64,000 bases of DNA from Dendrobates tinctorius (Eukaryota), in assembly GCF_039654945.1 (NCBI RefSeq), contig NW_027361767.1, forward strand, positions 1,550,001 through 1,614,000, given 5' to 3'. Shown here piece after piece: positions 51,801 through 62,026 of this stretch. The number at the start of each line of letters is the position of its first letter. Position 1 is the stretch's first letter. Under the pieces are notes generated by a model. That model searched no databases. It was not told the origin of the DNA and saw nothing but the letters and a program-made list of their open reading frames with translations. A program made the translations under genes and the position numbers.

Positions 51801-54800
51801 GCCCCTCTCCTCCTCCTCCCCCCCTCAGTACACCGAGCCCCTCTCCTCCTCCTCCTCCTCCTCCTCCTCCTCCTCCTCCCCTCAGTACACCGAGCCCCTC
51901 TCCTCCTCCTCCTCCCCCCCTCAGTACACCGAGCCCCTCTCCTCCTCCTCCCCTCAGTACACCGAGCCCCTCTCCTCCTCCTCCCCTCAGTACGAGCCCC
52001 TCTCCTCCTCCTCCCCTCAGTATACTGAGCCCCTCTCCTCCTCCTCCCCTCAGTATACTGAGCCCCTCTCCTCCTCCTCCCCTCAGTACACCGAGCCCCT
52101 CTCCTCCTCCCCCCCTCAGTACACCGAGCCCCTCTCCTCCTCCCCCCCTCAGTACACCGAGCCCCTCTCCTCCTCCCCTCCTCAGTACACCGAGCCCCTC
52201 TCCTCCTCCCCCCCTCAGTACACCGAGCCCCTCTCCTCCTCCCCCCCTCAGTACACCGAGCCCCTCTCCTCCTCCCCTCCTCAGTACACCGAGCCCCTCT
52301 CCTCCTCCCCCCCTCAGTACACCGAGCCCCTCTCCTCCTCCCCTCCTCAGTACACCGAGCCCCTCTCCTCCTCCCCCCCTCAGTACACCGAGCCCCTCTC
52401 CTCCTCCCCTCCTCAGTACACCGAGCCCCTCTCCTCCTCCCCCCCTCAGTACACCGAGCCCCTCTCCTCCTCCCCCCCTCAGTACACCGAGCCCCTCTCC
52501 TCCCCCCCCCCCCTCAGTACACCGAGCCCCTCTCCTCCCCCCCCCCCCCTCAGTACACCGAGCCCCTCTCCTCCCCCCCCCCCCCTCAGTACACCGAGGC
52601 CCTCTCCTCCTCAGTACACCGAGGCCCTCTCCTCCTCAGTACACCGAGCCCCTCCCCCCCTCAGTACACCGAGCCCCTCTCCTCCTCAGTACACCGAGCC
52701 CCTCCCCCCCTCAGTACACCGAGCCCCTCTCCTCCTCAGTACACCGAGCCCCTCTCCTCCTCAGTACACCGAGCCCCTCTCCTCCTCAGTACACCGAGCC
52801 CCTCTCCTCCTCAGTACACCGAGCCCCTCTCCTCCTCAGTACACCGAGCCCCTCTCCTCCTCCCCCCCTCAGTACACCGAGCCCCTCTCCTCCTCCCCCC
52901 CTCAGTACACCGAGCCCCTCTCCTCCTCCCCCCCTCAGTACACCGAGCCCCTCTCCTCCTCCCCCCCTCAGTACACCGAGCCCCTCTCCTCCTCCCCCCC
53001 TCAGTACACCGAGCCCCTCTCCTCCTGCCCCCCTCAGTACACCGAGCCCCTCTCCTCCTGCCCCCCTCAGTACACCGAGCCCCTCTCCTCCTGCCCCCCT
53101 CAGTACACCGAGCCCCTCTCCTCCTCCTCCCCTCAGTATACCGAGCCCCTCTCCTCCTCCTCCCCTCAGTATACTGAGCCCCTCTCCTCCTCCTCCCCTC
53201 AGTATACTGAGCCCCTCTCCTCCTCCTCCCCTCAGTATACTGAGCCCCTCTCCTCCTCCTCCCCTCAGTATACTGAGCCCCTCTCCTCCTCCTCCCCTCT
53301 GTATACTGAGCCCCTCTCCTCCTCCTCCCCTCTGTATACTGAGCCCCTCTCCTCCTCCTCCCCTCCGTATACTGAGCCCCTCTCCTCCTCCTCCCCTCAG
53401 TATACTGAGCCCCTCTCCTCCTCCCCTCAGTATACTGAGCCCCTCTCCTCCTCCTCCCCTCAGTATACTGAGCCCCTCTCCTCCTCCTCCCCTCAGTACA
53501 CTGAGCCCCTCTCCTCCTCCACCTCCCCTCAGTATACAGAGCCCCTCTCCTCCTCCCCTCAGTACACTGAGCCCCTCTCCTCCTCCCCTCAGTACACTGA
53601 GCCCCTCTCCTCCTCCTCCTCCTCCCCTCAGTACACTGAGCCCCTCTCCTCCTCCCCTCAGTACACTGAGCCCCTCTCCTCCTCCCCTCAGTATACTGAG
53701 CCCCTCTCCTCCTCCCTTCAGTACACTGAGCCCCTCTCCTCCTCCCCTCAGTATACTGAGCCCCCCTCCTCCTCCTCCTCCTCCCCTCAGTACACTGAGC
53801 CCCTCTCCTCCTCCTCCTCCCCTCAGTATACTGAGCCCCTCTCCTCCTCCCCTCAGTACACTGAGCCCCTCTCCTCCTCCTCCCCTCAGTACACTGAGCC
53901 CCTCTCCTCCTCCTCCCCTCAGTACACTGAGCCCCTCTCCTCCTCCTCCCCTCAGTACACTGAGCCCCTCTCCTCCTCCTCCCCTCAGTACACTGAGCCC
54001 CTCTCCTCCTCCTCCCCTCAGTACACTGAGCCCCTCTCCTCCTCCTCCCCTCAGTACACTGAGCCCCTCTCCTCCTCCTCCCCTCAGTACACTGAGCCCC
54101 TCTCCTCCTCCTCCCCTCAGTACACTGAGCCCCTCTCCTCCTCCTCCCCTCAGTACACTGAGCCCCTCTCCTCCTCCTCCCCTCAGTACACCGAGCCCCT
54201 CTCCTCCTCCTCCCCTCAGTATACCGCGCCCCTCTCCTCCTCCTCCCCTCAGTATACTGCGCCCCTCTCCTCCTCCTCCCCTCAGTATACTGCGCCCCTC
54301 TCCTCCTCCTCCCCTCAGTACACCGATCCCCTCTCCTCCTCCTCCCCTCAGTACACCGATCCCCTCTCCTCCTCCTCCCCTCAGTACACCGATCCCCTCT
54401 CCTCCTCCTCCCCTCAGTATACTGAGCCCCTCTCCTCCTCCTCCCCTCAGTATACTGAGCCCCTCTCCTCCTCCTCCTCCCCTCAGTACACCGAGCCCCT
54501 CTCCTCCTCCTCCCCTCAGTACACCGAGCCCCTCTCCTCCTCCTCCCCTCAGTATACTGAGCCCCTCTCCTCCTCCCCTCAGTATACCGAGCCCCCCTCC
54601 TCCTCCCCTCAGTACACCGAGCCCCTCTCCTCCTCCTCCCCTCAGTACACCGAGCCCCTCTCCTCCTCCTCCCCGCAGTACACTGAGCCCCTCTCCTCCT
54701 CCTCCCCTCAGTATACTGAGCCCCTCTCCTCCTCCTCCCCGCAGTACACTGAGCCCCTCTCCTCCTCCTCCCCTCAGTATACTGAGCCCCTCTCCTCCTC

Positions 54801-55160
54801 CTCCCCGCAGTATACTGAGCCCCTCTCCTCCCCCCCGCAGTACACTGAGCCCCTCTCCTCCTCCTCCCCTCAGTATACTGAGCCCCTCTCCTCCCCCCCG
54901 CAGTATACTGAGCCCCTCTCCTCCTCCTCCCCGCAGTACACTGAGCCCCTCTCCTCCTCCTCCCCTCAGTATACTGAGCCCCTCTCCTCCTCCTTCCTCA
55001 TAGACACCATATCACACTTTGCTTCCTGCTTTAGTGAGAAGTCGTAAAGAGGAGACATGATAATGGGGTCACTCGCCTCCGGGCCGCAGCCGCTCCCCCG
55101 GTGTACCGCTCCCAGCAGCAGCAGGACGAGCAGCCCCCGGTGCCGGCAGCGCTCCATCAT
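27803..55160 (-). CDS. man2b1: Lysosomal alpha-mannosidase (GH38), complete spliced CDS, 24 exons
   Basis: Exons (minus strand): 55077-55160, 50845-50947, 50289-50462, 50026-50219, 37463-37595, 37015-37160, 36780-36896, 36624-36706, 36411-36531, 36249-36327, 34971-35080, 34578-34685, 32276-32392, 31887-32075, 31711-31808, 31332-31449, 31111-31229, 30930-31031, 30552-30639, 30307-30387, 29931-30167, 29575-29724, 29386-29488, 27803-27927. Signal peptide, [11 protein letters not shown] (Zn ligands), WHIDPFGH (nucleophile), [24 protein letters not shown]-terminus [16 protein letters not shown]. Confidence 0.97.
28297..29263 (-). mobile_element. 5'-truncated L1-clade LINE in the last man2b1 intron
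   Basis: ORF2 zinc-knuckle remnant (YLTPVRL..CLSC..HMIWCCP), poly(A) at ~28297-28308. 15-bp TSD ctctttcctgaattt at 28282-28296 and 29264-29278. Confidence 0.9.
30708..30917. repeat. 55-bp minisatellite, about 4 copies
   Basis: (gacgggaggtgggagccgagtgacgctgcgtctgctcctccgccactgggcgaca)n. Confidence 0.95.
32491..34560. repeat. 81/86-bp minisatellite, about 25 copies
   Basis: (actgatcctgagttacatcctgtattatactccagagctgcactcactattctgctggtgcagtcactgtgtacatacatt[acatt])n. Confidence 0.97.
35111..36240. repeat. 47/48-bp minisatellite filling man2b1 intron 10
   Basis: (ggagccgggttactgtaataagaggttacaggg[g]taataagaggatca)n, with an internal gtaataagagg duplication. Confidence 0.97.
41186..41591. mobile_element. 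Harbinger-type MITE (agcgat/atcgct family) in L1 ORF2
   Basis: TIR agggggttttacac / tgtaaaagggcct, flanks taa/tta. Removing it restores ORF2 as LRD-LLNKE. Confidence 0.85.
44169..45179. mobile_element. Three MITEs of the same family: 44169-44565, 44607-44996, 45056-45179
   Basis: Each has ag..ccgtyacac-type TIRs, 3-bp tta/taa-like flanks and agcgatatcgct subterminal palindromes. Confidence 0.8.
45808..46430. repeat. 33-bp minisatellite, about 19 near-identical copies
   Basis: (gagcgtgcacacgggccatggaggtggcgtggc)n. Confidence 0.97.
47323..48880. repeat. 35-38 bp minisatellite
   Basis: (gggcagtattatagtagttatattcttgtacatagg)n, about 40 copies. Confidence 0.97.
51464..51625. other. Assembly gap (162 N)
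   Basis: Run of n next to a low-complexity array. Confidence 1.
51626..54995. repeat. C-rich 25-36 bp minisatellite in man2b1 intron 1
   Basis: (ctcagtayacygagcccct(cct)n cccc)n, more than 100 units. Confidence 0.97.
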
Positions 55161-55330
55161 TACTGGCAGCACCGGATTACCGGTGCGGGAATTTACAGTC
55201 ATGTGATTGCGACAGACCACGCCCCCAAGCTGCTCGCTAGCCAAGTTTGAAGGTCACATGACCAGACAGCAGCTGATAACCAGAGCAGTACACAAACTCT
55301 GCCACCAGGGGGCGAACACGAGTAGCGCTA
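55161..55330 (-). promoter_or_regulatory. man2b1 proximal promoter with two CLEAR/M-box-like sites, a GC box and a CTCF motif
   Basis: GTCATGTGAT at 55198-55207, GGTCACATGACC at 55252-55263, CCACGCCCCC at ~55217, GCCACCAGGGGGCG at 55301-55314. Confidence 0.6.
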
Positions 55331-56004
55331 CAGACATCACAGGGCGGGATAATCGTGCCTGTATACAGCGAGTATACAGCCCCCGGGTATACCGCTGCCG
55401 CCATCACTCCCCACAGCCGGTCCTCTCTGGCGTATTACCTCACACGGGGCCTGAACCAGGCAGACCTGGATGAACAGGACAGCTGTGCAGCGATGTCACT
55501 TGGTAAACTCGTCTCTGCTAACATCAGGAGCGGAGGAGACTCCAGCAGCAAGGTCCAGTGGGACTACAACTCCCAGCACGCCAGGGCAGAGGGATAGCTC
55601 CTCTCATCCCAGGACCCCATGCCCCGGAGGCACAGGCGGCCGACCCCTCAGCACGGCGGTGTCAGTGTGCACGGACCGGGGAGGAGCGGCGATCTCCAGC
55701 TATCTTCAGTTCCTGCATTTTCCCAGCCTTTGTTTCATAAGTCATCACTTTTTTTATATTTTACATTCTTATACATAACACATTTATTACTATTTTCTTT
55801 ATATTAAAAGAATATGTTCTATAAAGTTAATATTCGCTTGTTGCCCTTTGCTGAGATGGCGCTGATGGCTTTATTGCTTTACTGGTACCGTTTTGGGGTG
55901 TTTTCTCCACTTTTGAGGGGCGGAGATGCGGCACCTGAAGAACGTCCATAGCGGAGTCCGAAAATAATTTTTCCTTTGTACAGCGATAAAGGTGTCGGGC
56001 CGCA

Positions 56005-56730
56005 GGCGACAGCGCCGGTATCTGTGTGCCGCCACTCACCGTGCGCTGCAGTGCCGCTTCTCACCACCAGGGGGAGGCGACAGCGCAGGGATCTGTGTGC
56101 CGCCACTCACCACCAGGGGGAGGCGACAGCGCTGGGATCTGTGTGCCGCCACTCACCGGGCGCTGCAGTGCCACTTACCACCAGGGGGAGGCGACAGCGC
56201 CGGGATCTGTGTGCCGCCACTCACCGTGCGCTGCAGTGCCGCTTCTCACCACCAGGGGGAGGCGACAGCGCAGGGATCTGTGTGCCGCCACTCACCACCA
56301 GGGGGAGGCGACAGCGCTGGGATCTGTGTGCCGCCACTCACCGGGCGCTGCAGTGCCACTTACCACCAGGGGGAGGCGACAGCGCCGGGATCTGTGTGCC
56401 GCCACTCACCGTGCGCTGCAGTGTCGCTTCTCACCACCAGGGGAGGCGACAGCGCCGGGATCTGTGTGCCGCCACTCACCGTGCGCTGCAGTGTCGCTTC
56501 TCACCACCAGGGGAGGCGACAGCGCCGGGATCTGTGTGCCACCACTCACTGTGCGCTGCAGTGCCGCTTCTCACCACCAGGGGGAGGCGACAGCGCCGGG
56601 ATCTGTGTGCCGCCACTCACCGTGCGCTGCAGTGCCGCTTCTCACCACCAGGGGGAGGCGACAGCGCCGGGATCCGTGTGCCGCCACTCACCGTCCGCTG
56701 CAGTGCCGCTTCTCGCCACCAGGGGGAGGC
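56005..56730. repeat. Composite ~46/68-71 bp GC-rich minisatellite
   Basis: Units of gatctgtgtgccgccactcacc[gtgcgctgcagtgccgcttctcacc]accagggggaggcgacagcgccgg, with a higher-order duplication. Confidence 0.95.
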
Positions 56731-56833
56731 ATCAGCCAGGATCCTGCAGGTAAAATAAGACTCTGTACACACAGTGCGACATCAGCGTTTATTCCTTCTA
56801 TACACAGACAGTAACGAGACGCCGGGACGGCCG

Positions 56834-59800
56834 TCACCATGGGGGAGACATAGGCTGCGGGTTCTGTAGATAAGACATGACCACGGCGGAGATCGATAAC
56901 CTGCGAGGACGAAGAGCAAATAATGAAAGGGGAAGATTTGAATAGTGGATACGATCGCCCCCTCTCCCCCACTTACATGAAGCTGCTCATCATTTGTTTC
57001 GTGTCCTCAGAGCTGCGGGAGTTGGCAAAGCTGATGAAGGAGCAATAGACGGCGATCCAGGCGCACCACTTCAGCTGCAGGACATGACAGTAGAAGCAGA
57101 TCATACACATAGCTTGAAGAACTACAACTCCCAGCAAGTCCTGACAGAATCTGATCCATGTACTCAAAACAGAAGGGAAAAAAAAAACGGGACACAATCG
57201 CCAGTTCCCCTGCCTTTCCCTGCACTCTTCCCCCGCTGTCAGGACATGCTGGGAGTTGTAGTCCTATCTAAGCAGCGCTCATTGCCACTTGTGTCTATAG
57301 GTCGCACTCACCTTCAGCATCAGGCCGCACATACTGAAGATCATGCCCAGCAGGTTCATGTAGTCTGGGGTCGGGTCGTCCAGCGTGGGCGAATTCTCCG
57401 AGGTGGGGGGCTTATATCTAAATCAGACATAAAAGGTGATTACTCGTGTGATTCTCACTTTTATTGTGCAGAGTTAGAAAAATATGGCAGCTTTCTTCTA
57501 TAAACAGCGCCAATCTTGTCTGCATCGGGTGTGTACTTACAGCTGAGCTGCAATACCATACCTGACCTGCGGACAGAGGGGGCGCTGTATTAGGAGAAAG
57601 CTGCCATGATTTTCTAACCCAAGATTTAGGCTTCAATGGTAGAGGCCACACGATATCTGGGAAACATGGCCGCCTATGTAGGAAAGATGGAGACAAGAAG
57701 AGACATGAGAAAGTAACAGGCAGCGCAGGGCCTCCGTATTATACACTGGACTAGAGGAAGAGAAGGGGCAGAGGGTCTCCGGGCTGCAGACCGAAAGCTC
57801 TACTGGGTCACCTGCGGGAGATGGCTGATAACAGGGAGCAACAGATTGGGTTTCCCTGCAGAGCAGATGGGCGACAGACATATTATATCACAGCCTTCAG
57901 CTTTGGGCTGCGAAAAAGCAACATGGATTAAAATGATGATCCCGGCCGGGATCAACTGTCCGATGACTCAGAGAAGCCATGAAGCCCCCGCTGCTCGGCC
58001 GTGCGGAGGCTTAGAGGGAACATACGTGTCCGCCCTACTCCCGGAACAGCAGGGTCACCCCGCAGCCGGATTACGTGTCCCTGGAAAAGGAGATCATAGA
58101 GATTAAAGGGGCAATTACACCATGACGGGCAGGGACTGGACCCCCACCCTGACTGCTGCACACAGTGAAGAAGCGGCAGAACTTAGCCCACAGCAGCGGT
58201 GCCCCCCCCCCGAGCACCGGTGCTCCCCAACCCTGCCCAGAGCACTGGTGTCCCCCAACCCTGCCCAGAGCACTGGTGCCCCCCCAACCCTGCCCCGAGC
58301 ACCGGTGCTCCCCAACCCTGCCCAGAGCACTGGTGTCCCCCAACCCTGCCCAGAGCACCGGTGCTCCCCCAACCCTGCCCAGAGCACTGGTGTCCCCCCA
58401 ACCCTGCCCAGAGCACTGGTGTCCCCCCAACCCTGCCCAGAGCACTGGTGTCCCCCCAACCCTGCCCAGAGCACTGGTGTCCCCCCAACCCTGCCAAGAG
58501 CACTGGTGTCGCCCCACCCACCACCCCCCGTCACCCAGAATACTGGTCCCCCCCACCAGCCACACAGAGCACCGATGTCGTGCCCACCTCCTCTGCCACC
58601 ATTGCAGAGCGCCGGTCTCCCTGGTGCAGCGCAGGCTTCAGGTGAGATGAGTTATATGTAGGATTTAATGTAACAAAAATTATTTTTATTCCAAATTCTG
58701 CATTTTTTTTACATTCTTACTTTATACGTCTCATGTAATAGCAAACTCCTGCACACATCGTCAGTAGGATGTTGGCTGCCGTTACTGTAACACTAAAGGA
58801 CCCCATAAATCCCAATCAGAGTCAGCACAGGGCGCTCCCTCCCTTCATCCAGGCCCCTCCATATATCCACCATGGCCTCAGCCTGCCGTGCGGGGGGGGG
58901 GGGGGGAATCTCAATGAGGGCAGGAGCGTCAGAAGCCCGGTACCTCTAATGGCTGCATATCTGCTCTGAGAACACACAGATCGGACAGTGAGCGTCAGCG
59001 TGCCCGACCCTTCCCTCTCAGAACATCACCTAGGAAACTGGTGAACTGCACATGAGTCAACAGTGTGATGCAGCAGCAAAGAAGGCAAATACCGTTATGG
59101 GATGTATTAACAGAAGCATACAGTCTACATCACGTGAAGTCATTATTTCCCTCTTCTCCTCTTTGGTCAGACCTCATCTGGAATATTGTGTCCAGTTTTG
59201 GGCACCACATTTTAAAAAAGACATCAACAAACTGGAGCAAGTTCAGAAAACAGCAACCAGAATGGTGACCGGTCTGCAAACCCTGTCTTATGAGGAAAGG
59301 TTGCAGGATTTGGGAATGTTTAGTTTGCAAAAGAGAAGACTGAGAGGAGACTTAATAGCTGTCTACAAATATCTAAAGGGCTGTCACATTGTAGAAGGAT
59401 CAACTTTATTCTCATTTGCACAAGGAAAGACTAGAAGCAATGGGATGAAACTGAATGGGAGGAGACACAGATTAGATATTAGAAAAAACTTTTTGACAGA
59501 GAGATCAATGAGTGGAACAGGCTGTCACGAGAGCTCGTGAGTTCTCCTTCAATGGAAGTCTTCACACAGAGGCTGGACAGAGTCTGGGATGATTTAGTGA
59601 CTCCTGCTTTAAGCAGGGGTTTGGACCAGATGGCCCAGGAGGTCCCTTCCAACTCTACCATCGTATGATCACTGGCTGTGGGAGCAGAACCCCCCCAACC
59701 GGGAACTAGAAAGTTGAGTACCCACTCTGGGATGGCACAGGGCATCAGTGCTAGAGAATCAAAAGCTTTCACCAATCCACAGGATATTTCTTGCACTAAC

Positions 59801-61614
59801 CTAGCCCCTTTAAATGTCAAGGGACATCTCCTTTAAGATTCTTCCTGTACATTGAGGCTACTAAATGGTGTCACTTGGCCAAGACGGGTGGATAAATGTG
59901 CTGAAAGGGTTATAGGTGTAACTCAATAATGTTACTTTTACTTTCAACTATGAATTCCAAAAATTGAAATGGCGCCTCCCTCCCTCCATCCAAAGTAGAG
60001 CAGATAAGTGGGGTGGACCTGGTACTCCCGAGACCGGGGCTCTGCACGGTGGGGTGGACCTGGTGCTCCCGAGACCGGTGCTCTGCACGGTGGGGTGGAC
60101 CTGGTGCTCCCGAGATCGGGGCTCTGCACGGTGGGGTGGACCTGGTGCTCCCGAGATCGGGGCTCTGCACGGTGGGGTGGACCTGGTGCTCCCGAGACCG
60201 GGGCTCTGCACGGTGGGGTGGACCTGGTGCTCCCGAGACCGGGGCTCTGCACGGTGGGGTGGACCTGGTGCTCCCGAGACCGGGGCTCTGCACGGTGGGG
60301 TGGACCTGGTGCTCCCGAGACCGGGGCTCTGCACGGTGGGGTGGACCTGGTGCTCCCGAGAGCGGGGCTCTGCACGGTGGGGTGGACCTGGTGCTCCCGA
60401 GAGCGGGGCTCTGCACGGTGGGGTGGACCTGGTGCTCCCGAGAGCGGGGCTCTGCACGGTGGGGTGGACCTGGTGCTCCCGAGAGCGGGGCTCTGCACGG
60501 TGGGGTGGACCTGGTGCTCCCGAGACCGGGGCGCTGCACGGTGGGGTGGACCTGGTGCTCCCGAGACCGGGGCTCTGCACGGTGGGGTGGACCTGGTGCT
60601 CCCGAGACCGGGGCGCTGCACGGTGGGGTGGACCTGGTGCTCCCGAGACCGGGTCTCTGCACGGTGGGGTGGACCTGGTGCTCCCGAGACCGGGGCTCTG
60701 CACGGTGGGGTGGACCTGGTGCTCCCGAGACCGGGGCTCTGCACGGTGGGGTGGACCTGGTGCTCCCGAGACCGGGGCTCTGCACGGTGGGGTGGACCTG
60801 GTGCTCCCGAGACCGGGGCTCTGCACGGTGGGGTGGACCTGGTGCTCCCGAGACCGGGGCTCTGCACGGTGGGGTGGACCTGGTGCTCCCGAGACCGGGG
60901 CTCTGCACGGTGGGGTGGACCTGGTGCTCCCGAGATCGGAGCCTGGGTCCCCCCCACCAGCGCACAGCCCCGCTCCCGGGTCCCCCCCAGCCGCGCACAG
61001 CCCCGCTCCCGGGTCCTGGCAGGTTACCCTCTACACTTTAGATGGGGGATCATTTTTACTTGTAGGATTAACCCTTTCAGTACAATACGGGGTTCACCTT
61101 CCATTCAGCAGCCTCCATGTCCAGGACGAATCCGGTCCCGGAGTGATGGACATAATACAAGAGAAATAAACAGTGACATTCCTCCGCCAGGAGCAGCAGC
61201 TCGCCGCCATACTGCCCTCCGGTACCATCCACAGGGGAGAACTGTCACGTGACCACTGCAGCCAATCAGTGTCTGACATCCAACTGCACCCCCACCCCAT
61301 ATAAACCACTATTCTCTGCCAAATCAGTTCTCACACTTTGCGCTGACGAGGGCCAATAGCCCGAAACACTGTGTCTGCAAACGGAGATTCTGATTTGGCT
61401 TTTATCCTAACCCATATTACACGACTCGTTAAAGGTTTTGATTGTGACTTGTAGGATCGCTACTACCAATTGGTGGCGCTACCGAGTTCAAGTCCTCTCC
61501 CTCTCTGAAGAGGCAATTTGCATATTACTCTGACATTAACCCCTCCGTCTCCATTGCGCCTCACCTCTGCACCTTGGCCGGCCTCCTGGGGTCGCTCCCG
61601 ACATTCCCGGTCAT
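56834..61614 (-). CDS. wdr83os: PAT complex subunit Asterix (WDR83OS), 106 aa
   Basis: Exons 61565-61614, 57312-57417, 56977-57074 and 56834-56900 total 321 nt and give [106 protein letters not shown]. Confidence 0.97.
58195..58560. repeat. ~28-bp minisatellite
   Basis: (ccctgcccagagcactggtgtccccccaa)n. Confidence 0.93.
59045..59670 (+). mobile_element. CR1 LINE 3' fragment
   Basis: [34 protein letters not shown], and 3' end ggtcccttccaactctaccat. Confidence 0.92.
60008..60938. repeat. 41-bp G-rich minisatellite, about 22 copies
   Basis: (gtggggtggacctggtgctcccgagaccggggctctgcacg)n. Confidence 0.97.
61318..61399 (+). ncRNA. Type I hammerhead ribozyme (Penelope/retrozyme type)
   Basis: Stem I tttgcg(61337-42)/tgcaaa(61376-81), core CTGACGA 61343-49, stem II gggc-caata-gccc, GAAA 61363-66, stem III ACAC-t-GTGT, cleavage triplet GTC ending at 61375. 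Stem I extends through tctc/gaga and gccaaatcag/ctgatttggc. Confidence 0.85.
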
Positions 61615-61865
61615 GTTTTCTCCCTTCCTTTCCGTAGACAACTCTCCTGCTGATCAGGGAACTTCCGGTGCCGCAACAGGAAGAAAAAGTCCGGGCGAAC
61701 CGGAAGTGCTTCCGAAACACGTGGTCTTGTTTACGAGCACCTAGGTCATAGGGTCACATGGTCGGTTCGCAGCAGCTGCTGCGCGAACTACAAGACCCCG
61801 AATTCTCTGCTGCTCCCAGAGACTCTGAGTGAAGGTGAGCGGAGGACTACAAGTCCCAGCATGGT
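61615..61865. promoter_or_regulatory. wdr83/wdr83os bidirectional promoter
   Basis: Lies between the divergent first exons. ETS/GABP sites ACTTCCGG (~61661) and CCGGAAGT (~61700), E-box CACGTG (~61718), ZNF143/Staf-type ACTACAAGACCCC (~61787) and ACTACAAGTCCCAGCATG (~61846). Confidence 0.75.
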
Positions 61866-62026
61866 CATAATGGCCTTCAGTGCAGTCACCTCACCTCTCC
61901 ATAGTCCCAGATGGTAATTCTGCCCCCAGCTGGGCCCCTGTCACTTTAAGGGCCCCAGCTCTGTGTGATCCTGTCACAGCCGTCACCTCTGTAGCCTCCA
62001 TTACTTACAGGAGCCGCTCCTGCGCC

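Noticed and set aside
51284-55003. 1239-aa extensin-like (SPPPP) ORF
   Set aside because: It is a translation of a C-rich minisatellite across an N gap, antisense within man2b1 intron 1. It stays open because the units lack stops.
55976-58661. Cys/Pro/Gly-rich ORFs at 55976-56814 and 58071-58661
   Set aside because: They coincide exactly with GC-rich minisatellites and are open in several frames.
6237-59670. Inverted CR1 pair as a long-range structure
   Set aside because: Independent insertions of an abundant family, 53 kb apart and in different transcription units.
59910-61252. Six overlapping 290-410 aa ORFs
   Set aside because: All six frames of the 41-bp repeat are open, a low-complexity artefact.
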